Below, in pieces: positions 33,800 to 41,912 of a DNA stretch of 43,160 bases. Source of the DNA: a virus (taxonomy: Duplodnaviria; Heunggongvirae; Uroviricota; Caudoviricetes); the IMG/VR virus record IMGVR_UViG_2534681759_000012, positions 1 through 43,160 of that record, one strand, 5' to 3'. The stretch's first letter is position 1, and each line of letters opens with the position of its first letter. The notes beneath the pieces are model-generated. The model searched no databases. It saw nothing but the letters and a program-made list of their open reading frames with translations, and was not told the origin of the DNA. The position numbers were made by a program, and so were the translations under genes.

Positions 33800-34110
33800 G
33801 GATAAAGCAGCAAATGTTTATACCCGGCATAGTAGTCGCTGTTGTAATCATCTGCTTCATATGGGCAAAGTTATCTCCTGTAAGCTCTAAGCATACAGCT
33901 GAACTCATGAGGAAGAAGAATCTTATACATGAGGCAGAATCGATAATTAAAAAGTTCAAAGGCATGTCATACGACGACATGTCATCAGAGCAGATTGCTA
34001 TGTATAAATGCGCCATTGAGCGCCTTGACTACTTAAACGGACTCAAACCCAAACACACCCCAGTAGAATCAAAATTGCCGCAATGGCCAAGCAATCCAAA
34101 TAGCTTCTGA
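33796..34110 (+). CDS. Small single-pass membrane protein co-transcribed with cI (in the lambda rexAB position)
   Basis: 104 aa with one N-terminal TM helix (FIPGIVVAVVIICFIWAKL); start overlaps the cI stop; followed by a strong terminator before OL/pL. Confidence 0.6.
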   Translation: MRIKQQMFIPGIVVAVVIICFIWAKLSPVSSKHTAELMRKKNLIHEAESIIKKFKGMSYDDMSSEQIAMYKCAIERLDYLNGLKPKHTPVESKLPQWPSNPNSF

Positions 34111-34121
34111 CATCTCCTTTC

Positions 34122-34143
34122 AGCCCGCAAAGCGGGCTTTTTT
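34122..34143 (+). terminator. Rho-independent terminator ending the cI operon (tImm-like)
   Basis: AGCCCGC-AAA-GCGGGCT hairpin followed by TTTTT, 12 bp after the 104-aa ORF stop. Confidence 0.8.
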
Positions 34144-34206
34144 ATATCAATCCAAAAAATTAATTACCTGAAAATTCAAGCAGGTAAACTCTCACATCAA
34201 TTTTAT

Positions 34207-34248
34207 TTACCTGCAGGTATAGACAGGGGTTTTACCTGTAGGTATATT
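34207..34248 (+). promoter_or_regulatory. Left operator OL sites overlapping candidate pL
   Basis: Operator repeats TTACCTGCAGGTAT (34207..34220) and TTACCTGTAGGTAT (34232..34245), same half-sites as OR; candidate -35 TAGACA (34220..34225) and -10 TATATT (34243..34248) directed toward N. Confidence 0.55.
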
Positions 34249-34288
34249 TTAAGCCATCAGCAGGACGCACTGACCACCATGAAGGTGA

Positions 34289-34319
34289 CGCTCTTAAAAA
34301 TTAAGCCCTGAAGAAGGGC
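34289..34319 (+). promoter_or_regulatory. nutL site (boxA and boxB)
   Basis: boxA CGCTCTTAA and boxB hairpin GCCCTGAAGAAGGGC, matching lambda nutL as recalled, between pL and N. Confidence 0.85.
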
Positions 34320-34587
34320 AGCATTCAAAGCAGAAGGCTTTGGGGTGTGGTGAAGCCAGCTAGTCACTGGCAAGTGCTTACCTACTGTTGAGCGGTGAAG
34401 CGCTCCCAACGCTAGCAATAGCGTGGACGAGATGGGGAGCCGCGGGCGATAAGGCCGCCATAACGCGCACGTTGTCGCATGGAAAAATCGCTGGGGTGCC
34501 GGTTATACCCCTCCGAATGAGACTCAACAAGCTGGAGCTAGACTACCAGCCACCACACCGCCAAAGCTAACTGACAGGAGAATCCAG

Positions 34588-34914
34588 ATGGATGCACAAA
34601 CACGCCGCCGCGAACGTCGCGCAGAGAAACAGGCTCAATGGAAAGCAGCAAATCCCCTGTTGGTTGGGGTAAGCGCAAAACCAGTTAACCGCCCTATTCT
34701 CTCGCTGAATCGCAAACCGAAATCACGAGTAGAAAGCGCACTGAATCCGATAGACCTTACGGTGCTGGCTGAATACCACGAACAGATTGAAAGCAACCTG
34801 CAACGTATTGAGCGCAAGAATCAGCGCACATGGTACAGCAAGCCACGCAGTGAAATGGGTGTGACTTGTGTTGGTCGCCAGAAAATGAAATTAGGCAGCA
34901 AACCACTTATTTGA
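34588..34914 (+). CDS. N: Antiterminator N (lambda-type)
   Basis: 108 aa beginning MDAQTRRRERRAEKQAQWKAANPLLVGVSAKPVNRPILSLNRKPKSRVESALNPIDLTVLAEYH, matching lambda N as recalled; C-terminus diverges slightly. Confidence 0.9.
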   Translation: MDAQTRRRERRAEKQAQWKAANPLLVGVSAKPVNRPILSLNRKPKSRVESALNPIDLTVLAEYHEQIESNLQRIERKNQRTWYSKPRSEMGVTCVGRQKMKLGSKPLI

Positions 34915-34992
34915 GGTGAGATATGGAAGAAGAATTTGAAGAGTTCGAAGAGCATCCGCAGGATGTGATGGAACAATACCAGGACTATCCTT

Positions 34993-35193
34993 ATGACTAC
35001 TACTATTGATAAAAATCAATGGTGTGGACAATTCAAGCGATGCAATGGATGCAAGCTGCAATCGGAATGCATGGTTAAGCCTGAAGAAATGTTTCCTGTA
35101 ATGGAAGATGGGAAATATGTCGATAAATGGGCAATACGAACGACGGCAATGATTGCCAGAGAACTTGGTAAACAGAACAACAAGGCTGCCTGA
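34993..35193 (+). CDS. Hypothetical Cys-rich small protein (66 aa)
   Basis: ORF downstream of N with CxxxxxxCxxC...C pattern; no family recognised. Confidence 0.4.
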   Translation: MTTTIDKNQWCGQFKRCNGCKLQSECMVKPEEMFPVMEDGKYVDKWAIRTTAMIARELGKQNNKAA

Positions 35194-35251
35194 TGGTGGC
35201 CTTTATTTTTGTCCGTAAATAATTTCATGCTTATTACAATCAAGGTGATAT

Positions 35252-35701
35252 ATGGAAGAACAAGCAAACAAGATTCTCGTAGAACTACTGCAAAAAGCCA
35301 GTAATGGAATAGACGCGGCTGTTTCATTTAGCCAGGCACAGATTCCTGATGTTGTTCATCAGTTGCTGCTATGGAATATGGTTGACAGTCTGATTAAAAC
35401 ATTAATGGCCATTCTAACAATCCCACTGGTTTTCTGGTTTATGAAGAAGCAGTGCCAAAGAGTTGAGACAGGTAAAATCGGTGATGAAGGATATTCATGG
35501 GAGAAAGGAAATCCCAAATACAGGCCGACAATGGTTTGGGATAGCAAAGGTGATATTAATCTTCTTATCATGCCATTGGTTGGAGTTTTGACTCTGTGGG
35601 GGATTTTTATTATTGGTGTAGTAACCAATATGACTTGGTTAAAAATTTGGCTGGCCCCAAAGCTTTACCTTATCGAATATGCAGCATCATTGGTTAAGTA
35701 A
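35252..35701 (+). CDS. Two-helix membrane protein in the early-left operon (possible superinfection-exclusion SieB-like position)
   Basis: 149 aa with two hydrophobic segments (LIKTLMAILTIPLVFWF and LLIMPLVGVLTLWGIFIIGVV); lies a few genes downstream of N, where lambda and P22 carry sieB; function by position only. Confidence 0.4.
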   Translation: MEEQANKILVELLQKASNGIDAAVSFSQAQIPDVVHQLLLWNMVDSLIKTLMAILTIPLVFWFMKKQCQRVETGKIGDEGYSWEKGNPKYRPTMVWDSKGDINLLIMPLVGVLTLWGIFIIGVVTNMTWLKIWLAPKLYLIEYAASLVK

Positions 35702-35760
35702 TTTCAGGCCGCATAGTCGGACTTTATTTTTGGCATAAACAACAGAATAAACACTGCACT

Positions 35761-35788
35761 GTGTATTCATTCCAACGAGTGAATACAC
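35761..35788. promoter_or_regulatory. 12-bp inverted repeat (GTGTATTCATTC-CAAC-GAGTGAATACAC), possible protein-binding site or hairpin
   Basis: Near-perfect palindrome (11 of 12) in a 240-bp non-coding gap of the early-left operon; no following T-run. Confidence 0.3.
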
Positions 35789-36192
35789 GGAGCAATGTCG
35801 CTCGTAACTAAACAGGAGCCGACTTGTTCTGATTATTGGAAATCTTCTTTGCCCTCCGATGTGGGGGCCTTTTTATATACATACCAATAACGCTTCACTC
35901 GAGGCGTTTTCGTTATGCAATCAAACAGAAGGAGCATCCTATGCAACAGTTCGCTATTGCAGGGGCGGCATCGGTTCGCCCTTTCAACCCGATTTTATCG
36001 GTACAGCATTCACGAAAAAATATTTTAACCGGAGCAGACTTTAAACAACCAAGAATGAAAAGTTTGCTCGAAAAGCTTTGGGATATTTTGAAACAACAAG
36101 GCCGTCCATGAGTTTTACGGATAACTGGTCAGACGAAGAATTCATTCGTCAGATGAACAAAATGCTCAATCAGCACAAAGAACAGGAGAAAG

Positions 36193-36504
36193 ATGATGAT
36201 TCTGACTCTGAATGATAAGCGTGAAATATCGCAAATAATCGCAAGTTTTACTGATGAAGATTACGAACGAATCAACAGTGAAGTTGATCGCCTCTGCAAA
36301 CGTTGCGACCCAATAAGCGAAATGCTTCGCTCATATAAACCAGATGAACACACTAAGGACGCTATCGACTGGCTGGAAGATGATGATTGTAACTATCAGG
36401 AAAAAGCCGCTGAATGGTTCTGGGATGCAATAACCGAAAGAGTTAAGGCTGAATATGCCTTCGCAATATTCAAACGCAGACATATTTTTGGAGAAGCAGC
36501 ATGA
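36193..36504 (+). CDS. Hypothetical protein (103 aa) upstream of recT
   Basis: ORF whose stop overlaps the recT start; acidic; no family recognised. Confidence 0.45.
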   Translation: MMILTLNDKREISQIIASFTDEDYERINSEVDRLCKRCDPISEMLRSYKPDEHTKDAIDWLEDDDCNYQEKAAEWFWDAITERVKAEYAFAIFKRRHIFGEAA

Positions 36505-37412
36505 GCAATATCGTTGAATTCGTTAAACAGCAGGAGCAGTTATTCTGCGGAGCATTGACTGAACAGACGGTGACATGGGCTAAGGAAAGCCAGTTTGCAA
36601 TTCAGTATTTCCAGAAAAATGATTACCTGGCTAAAACGGCACTGGCAAATCCAACCAGCGCACAGAACGCCATCATCAATGTTGCGGCGATCGGCATCAC
36701 CTTAAACCCGGCCAGCAAACTGGCTTATCTAGTTCCGCGCGACGGCATGGTTTGCCTTGATATCAGCTATATGGGATTGCTCCATATTGCAATGGAGTCT
36801 GGTGTTATCTCATGGGGTCAGGCAAAACTTGTTCATGCTAACGATACCTATGAGTCAAACGGGCTTGATAAAGCACCAACCCATAAATACAACGCCTTCG
36901 GTGATCGTGGTGATATCGTTGGCGTTTACTGCACAGTTAAGACGCCAGCAGGTGATTATCTAACGGAAGAGATGAGTCTGGCTGAAATTGAGGCTGTAAG
37001 GAAAACAAGCAAGGCAGCATTCAGCGATAAAGGACCATGGGTAAATCACTGGAATGAGATGGCGCGAAAGACGGTCGTAAAGCGTGCAAGCAAGTATTGG
37101 CCTAAGGCATCACGTCTTGATAGTGCTATTCACGTACTAAACGAAGAAGAAGGTGTGTGGACTGAACCAGTTATGCCGCACAAATCAGAGGAAGATATCC
37201 GCGAAGATGAACGGAAACGCCAGCAGGAAATAATGGATAAAGCACAACTTCTTTGCGATGAAATGGCTCAGGCAGAAAACATGGATGATTTGAAGCGATA
37301 TTTTGCAGAAGCATATCGCCTGACATCTGGAATGAAATTGCAGCAGAACGTACAAGCCATTTACATAGAATGCAAAGCGAAACTGGAGGTTGCCAGTGAG
37401 CAAACTGTATGA
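36501..37412 (+). CDS. recT: Single-strand annealing recombinase, RecT family
   Basis: 303 aa; C-terminal core GPWVNHWNEMARKTVVKRASKYWP parallels the E. coli RecT segment GPWVTHWEEMAKKTAIRRLFKYLP. Confidence 0.8.
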   Translation: MSNIVEFVKQQEQLFCGALTEQTVTWAKESQFAIQYFQKNDYLAKTALANPTSAQNAIINVAAIGITLNPASKLAYLVPRDGMVCLDISYMGLLHIAMESGVISWGQAKLVHANDTYESNGLDKAPTHKYNAFGDRGDIVGVYCTVKTPAGDYLTEEMSLAEIEAVRKTSKAAFSDKGPWVNHWNEMARKTVVKRASKYWPKASRLDSAIHVLNEEEGVWTEPVMPHKSEEDIREDERKRQQEIMDKAQLLCDEMAQAENMDDLKRYFAEAYRLTSGMKLQQNVQAIYIECKAKLEVASEQTV

Positions 37413-37878
37413 AATAGCCAATGAATACGCAAAGCTGATGGATTCAGATTTAGAACCAGAGATGATTGCTGACACAATAGAAGGCATGGAAGGAGAATTT
37501 ACCGATAAAATAGAGCAACTTCTCGCCATTATTAAAAATGAATCTGGTTATGCTGAACGCCTCAAGGAAGAGGCAAAGTCACTAAATGAGCGAGCCGCAG
37601 TAATTCAAAATAAGATTGACAGCATCAAATCATATATAGCGTCATCGCTTGAAATGGTTGGCAAGAAAAAGATTCGAGCAGGTATTCACCAGGTAACAAT
37701 CCGCAAACCGTCAGAAACTGTAGAAATCATCGACTCAAGCGCCCTTCCTCCTGAATACGTTGAGTTTGAAACGACAATTAAAGCCGACAAACTGGCAATC
37801 AAACACCAACTAAAAGCAGGAATAAATATCCCAGGCGCTCAACTCAAGGTTGGGAAACCTTCACTTCTTATCAAATAA
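37390..37878 (+). CDS. Siphovirus Gp157-like protein
   Basis: 162-aa helical protein directly downstream of and overlapping recT, the usual pairing for Gp157-family proteins; family assignment from composition and context. Confidence 0.45.
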   Translation: MPVSKLYEIANEYAKLMDSDLEPEMIADTIEGMEGEFTDKIEQLLAIIKNESGYAERLKEEAKSLNERAAVIQNKIDSIKSYIASSLEMVGKKKIRAGIHQVTIRKPSETVEIIDSSALPPEYVEFETTIKADKLAIKHQLKAGINIPGAQLKVGKPSLLIK

Positions 37879-37889
37879 CGGTATCGACT

Positions 37890-38204
37890 ATGAAAAAGAC
37901 TCCATGGGAGAAATGGGAAGTCGATTTCTTGCGCGAAGTAGCGGCGACAATGCCAGTTGAAGTTATCGCTGAAAAACTGGAAAGGACTGAAAAAGCAGTA
38001 ATGGCGAAAGCAACAAGGATTGGCGCTGACATTGTTAGCCGACTTCGTGGAAGACGCTGGACAAGAGCCGAAGTATCACTTTTCGGTAAGTTCTCCGCAG
38101 AAGAAATAGCAATTGCAACCTGCCGCTCAATTTATTCAGTAAGGGCTATGCGATACAAGCTAAAAAAACTCGATGAAGAAAGAGCAGGCATACGAATAAA
38201 TTAA
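37890..38204 (+). CDS. Hypothetical protein (104 aa)
   Basis: Compact ORF in the early-left operon; basic C-terminus; no family recognised. Confidence 0.45.
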   Translation: MKKTPWEKWEVDFLREVAATMPVEVIAEKLERTEKAVMAKATRIGADIVSRLRGRRWTRAEVSLFGKFSAEEIAIATCRSIYSVRAMRYKLKKLDEERAGIRIN

Positions 38205-38533
38205 CAAAGAGGAATTTACCATGAGAGGACTTGCATACAATCCCGGCATTCTTCCGGCAGAAATGATTATTCGCCAACGCGTAAAGCCAATGCCATCGAG
38301 AGAGGAATTGCTTAAGAGAAATTCTTCTCCGTCAGTAAATCAAAACAAATATCTGAATGCGATGTGGCGCAAAGGAGGCAACCAGTGAATAACCGTTTTT
38401 ACATGATGTGCTTGCGTGAAACTGTGGGTAATAACGCCTCATTCCATTGCCATAACGGCAATGAGCATGGCGAGATGGCTATGAAGCAGGGAAAACGCCT
38501 GTCGAAGTATATTGTGATGAGTGGGGTGGGTGA

Positions 38534-39295
38534 ATGATTTGCCTTCACAACGCAGACTGCTTTGACATCTTTCCGCAAATCGCCAGCAACTCCGTAGATC
38601 TTGTATGTGCCGATATTCCATATGGAACAACTCGGTGTCGCTGGGATTCTGTTCTCGACCTGCAGTTGATGTGGAAGCAGATTTACCGTATTTCCAAACC
38701 GAACGCTGCAATTGTTCTGTTTTCCGCTCAGCCTTTTACCAGCGTGCTGATCAACAGCAATCTTCGTGACTGGAAAACAGAATGGATTTGGGAAAAGCCA
38801 CACGCGACAGGATTTTTGAACGCAAAAAAACAACCTTTAAGAGCGCATGAAAATATTGAAGTTTTTTACAGAAAGCAACCGACATACAACCCACAGATGA
38901 CGTATGGGCACGCCAGAAAAACCTCAACAAGAGGTAGGCTGAATACTGATGTATATGGCGATGCGCTGAAAAAGGTCGTTTACGATTCAACAAGTCGCTA
39001 TCCGAGAGACGTGCAGAAATTCTCCAGCGACAAGCAAAAGCAGGCACTTCATTCAACACAAAAGCCACTGGCTCTGGTGAGATATCTGATTGAAACATAT
39101 AGCAATATTGGCGACACAGTGTTGGATTTCACTATGGGTAGCGGAACTACTGGCGTTGCGTGCCAACAATCAGGACGCCGATTTACAGGAATAGAAAAAG
39201 ATCCAGAAATTTTTCGTATCGCATTAGAGCGTATGGGAATTAAACAGGAGCATGCAGCATTGAATTTTGTGGAGACAACCAGTGAACAAGATTGA
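38534..39295 (+). CDS. DNA methyltransferase (beta-class N6-adenine/N4-cytosine type, orphan)
   Basis: 253 aa; motif IV variant DIPY (VCADIPYG) precedes motif I (FTMGSGTTG), the beta-class order; no adjacent restriction gene. Confidence 0.75.
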   Translation: MICLHNADCFDIFPQIASNSVDLVCADIPYGTTRCRWDSVLDLQLMWKQIYRISKPNAAIVLFSAQPFTSVLINSNLRDWKTEWIWEKPHATGFLNAKKQPLRAHENIEVFYRKQPTYNPQMTYGHARKTSTRGRLNTDVYGDALKKVVYDSTSRYPRDVQKFSSDKQKQALHSTQKPLALVRYLIETYSNIGDTVLDFTMGSGTTGVACQQSGRRFTGIEKDPEIFRIALERMGIKQEHAALNFVETTSEQD

Positions 39296-39698
39296 CTATC
39301 AGGCATTGCGTGAGGCAGCAGAGCAGGCAATGCATGACGACTGGGGATTTGACGCGGACCTTTTCCATGAGCTGGTAACACCATCGATTGTGCTGGCACT
39401 ACTGGATGAACGGGAAAGAAACCAGCAATACATCAAACGCCGCGACCAAGAGAACGAGGATATTGCGTTAACGGTAGGGAAGTTGCGCGTTGAGCTTGAG
39501 GCAGAAAAACAGCGGGCAAAGGATCTGTTTATGGAAAATGCTCGGCTTAAGTCAGGTATAGCCGGTCTGATACACCTCGGTATTCGATATGCAGATGTTG
39601 AGGTCATGAGAATTGCTGGAGATGCCCAGCTTTCTACCCCATGCACTGACAGCATCATAAACAGCATTGCAACAGGCATTCGCATCAAAGGAGAGTGA
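39267..39698 (+). CDS. Hypothetical coiled-coil protein (start uncertain)
   Basis: 143-aa ORF from a GTG, overlapping the MTase 3' end; charged heptad-like central region. Confidence 0.4.
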   Translation: MWRQPVNKIDYQALREAAEQAMHDDWGFDADLFHELVTPSIVLALLDERERNQQYIKRRDQENEDIALTVGKLRVELEAEKQRAKDLFMENARLKSGIAGLIHLGIRYADVEVMRIAGDAQLSTPCTDSIINSIATGIRIKGE

Positions 39699-39699
39699 T

Positions 39700-40185
39700 A
39701 TGAGCGCTATAACCAAAGAACGTATCAAATTATTCATTAAAAATCCGCTTGATAACGGACTTACTCGTGGCGAACAAATGGAACTGGCACGAATTGCACT
39801 GGCATCTCTGGAAGCAGAGCCGGTGGCGTGGAAGGTAACCTTCACGCAAATTGACCGTGAATATAACACGTTCACTGGCATGTATCCTGACAAAGCAGAA
39901 GTCGAACGGTGGGTGCGGATGCATAAAGCATGTAATTTTCGGGCAGATATAACACCGCTTTATACCGCCCAGCCAGTGCCGGTAACTCCGGATGGTTGGA
40001 TAAGCTGTAGTGAGCGAATGCCAGATAAGTTAATTCCGGTAATGGTCATGTATGAAGACGGTGAGATGTGGTCTGCAATGTGGAATGGCAATCGCTGGGA
40101 TGATGGCACCGAATATCCGGATCCGCACTCAGTTACGCACTGGCGTGAAATGCCAGCAGCGCCGAAACAGGAGGTGAAGTCGTGA
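39700..40185 (+). CDS. DUF551-like protein
   Basis: C-terminal motif ...SVTHWREMPAAPK resembles the DUF551 signature common in lambdoid early-left operons; start placed at MSAITKER. Confidence 0.5.
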   Translation: MSAITKERIKLFIKNPLDNGLTRGEQMELARIALASLEAEPVAWKVTFTQIDREYNTFTGMYPDKAEVERWVRMHKACNFRADITPLYTAQPVPVTPDGWISCSERMPDKLIPVMVMYEDGEMWSAMWNGNRWDDGTEYPDPHSVTHWREMPAAPKQEVKS

Positions 40186-40394
40186 GCAAGCACATCATCA
40201 AATATGACTATCGAGAGGGAGTTAAACTCCCTAAGCACGAGATTGAGACATGGTGCGGTCATCGGCCAGGGTCATTCGAATGGCTTTTTCAGGATGCTCA
40301 GCATGCGCTATTGAGCATTGAGCAGGGAACGCTGCTTGTTCCTTGCAAGAATTGTCTGGCAGCAATCATCAAAACGGCGCAGGAGGTGAAGTGA
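40182..40394 (+). CDS. Hypothetical protein (70 aa)
   Basis: ORF with start overlapping the upstream stop; two CxxC-like pairs (WCGH...PCKNC). Confidence 0.4.
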   Translation: MSKHIIKYDYREGVKLPKHEIETWCGHRPGSFEWLFQDAQHALLSIEQGTLLVPCKNCLAAIIKTAQEVK

Positions 40395-40672
40395 TGGACT
40401 CCTTCGCGAAATATACGATCATTGACTGGATAGCCTTCCTTCAGGTTTTGCTCATCTGGTTTTATATGGCTTACAGGAGTGGACAGTGGATTGTCAGTGT
40501 AGCCTGTAGCAAGGGATGGCGTTGGTGGAACCGAAAGAATAAAAAAGCGCTGGCCTTGGATTCGTTTTACGAAGCATTCAATCTTAACAGTCTTCAGCCT
40601 GGTTCTGTCGTTGTAGTCACCACTCAAAGCGGCATGACCATTCAGATTCATAAACCAAAAGAGGAAAAATGA
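40394..40672 (+). CDS. Hypothetical small membrane protein
   Basis: Start MDSFAKYT overlaps the upstream TGA (ATGA-type); one hydrophobic helix (IIDWIAFLQVLLIWFYMAY). Confidence 0.4.
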   Translation: MDSFAKYTIIDWIAFLQVLLIWFYMAYRSGQWIVSVACSKGWRWWNRKNKKALALDSFYEAFNLNSLQPGSVVVVTTQSGMTIQIHKPKEEK

Positions 40673-40817
40673 TGTGGCCTATATGTGTTAATTGCAGACG
40701 GATGTGCCTATCTGGATGGTGCCGAAAGTGCGACAAATGCACGAAGCAAAGACAATAACAATCCTCGCACTCGCGGGGATTTCTTTTATCTGAACTCGCT
40801 ACGGCGAGTTTTGTTTT

Positions 40818-41036
40818 ATGGAGATTATTATGATTTTAACAATTAAGCAAATTCACGAATTGGCAATTTTTGCAGGCATGTCATGCAACACACCTGAAGA
40901 AGCTCAGGTGGAAGCTAAAACAGAAATCACGATAGATTCTGGTGATATTCATGATGAAGTAGGATGTGTGATTTATTCAGGTCTACGTGCTCATATTACT
41001 GAATACCCTGAAGAGGGGTACATCGCATTGGAATAG
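40818..41036 (+). CDS. Hypothetical protein (72 aa)
   Basis: ORF preceded by a plausible RBS (GGAGA); acidic; no family recognised. Confidence 0.4.
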   Translation: MEIIMILTIKQIHELAIFAGMSCNTPEEAQVEAKTEITIDSGDIHDEVGCVIYSGLRAHITEYPEEGYIALE

Positions 41037-41182
41037 CTACCGGAGTAACCATGGAATCACGCCGCCTCACACTCGATGAGGCATTTTCATTTATCAAGAT
41101 ATCCAGACCAACCATCGCCGCATCAATGCGGTTTTTTATTGCCTGATTTGCAGGTTCGATTCCATATTCGGAGATAGCACTC

Positions 41183-41383
41183 ATGCAACACGAACTACAA
41201 CCTGATTCACTGGTTGATTTGAAATTCATCATGGCTGATACTGGCTTTGGTAAAACCTTCATCTATGACCGGATTAAGTCCGGCGACCTGCCAAAAGCCA
41301 AAGTTATCCACGGGCGAGCAAGATGGTTATATCGTGACCATTGTGAATTCAAAAATAAGCTCTTAAGCCGCGCTAATGGGTAA
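41183..41383 (+). CDS. xis: Excisionase / AlpA-family DNA-binding protein
   Basis: 66-aa ORF with AlpA/Xis-type HTH signature, last phage gene before the att core. Confidence 0.7.
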   Translation: MQHELQPDSLVDLKFIMADTGFGKTFIYDRIKSGDLPKAKVIHGRARWLYRDHCEFKNKLLSRANG

Positions 41384-41456
41384 AATAGCGGGTAAAATAT
41401 TTTTCACATCTAAAAAACACCATTCCAATCAATCCCCTGCCGCTTCAAGTAGATGT

Positions 41457-41471
41457 CTGCAGGGGACACCA
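41457..41471 (+). other. Prophage att core: 15-bp copy of the argW tRNA-Arg 3' end (attR)
   Basis: CTGCAGGGGACACCA matches the 3' acceptor-stem end of argW as recalled; no upstream T-arm, so a partial copy typical of the distal att site. Confidence 0.65.
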
Positions 41472-41863
41472 GATACCCTTCAAACGAAATCTACCTTCAC
41501 CCCGTAAAAGATGGGTTTGGCAGCACACTTGCCTTATATCTACTCATTTTTACTGCAACAGGTTGAAATCTCAGCACTGTCAGAAAGCGCTGATGACTAA
41601 ACAGCCCTGGGCCGGGCGATGTAACCATCACACAGAATCCTGATAGCGAAATATGGCGTGACTCGATACTTCACTCCGCAATGCATTCCTTGATGAATTC
41701 GCAGGACCGTGATACACGGGACAGGTCACTGAATGACGACAATGTCCTGGAAATCAGCGAACCGCGCATCTGAAGTACATTTGAGCGACTGTACCAGAAC
41801 ATGAATGAGGCGTTTGGATTAGGCGATTATTAGCAGGGCTAAGCATTTTACTATTATTATTTT

Positions 41864-41904
41864 CCGGTTGAGGGATATAGAGCTATCGACAACAACCGGA
41901 AAAA
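41864..41904. terminator. Candidate bidirectional terminator downstream of the permease gene
   Basis: Inverted repeat CCGGTTG...CAACCGG flanked by T-run and A-run just 3' of the minus-strand permease stop; the loop is long, so confidence is low. Confidence 0.3.
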
Positions 41905-41912
41905 GTTTACGT

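Noticed and set aside
40996-41262. 88-aa minus-strand ORF overlapping the xis start
   Set aside because: Antisense to the AlpA-type xis and the upstream ORF; no RBS or family signal.
41401-41471. Possible complete tRNA gene at the prophage end
   Set aside because: Only the last ~15 nt match the argW 3' end; no T-arm, anticodon arm or D-arm upstream, so it is an att core fragment.
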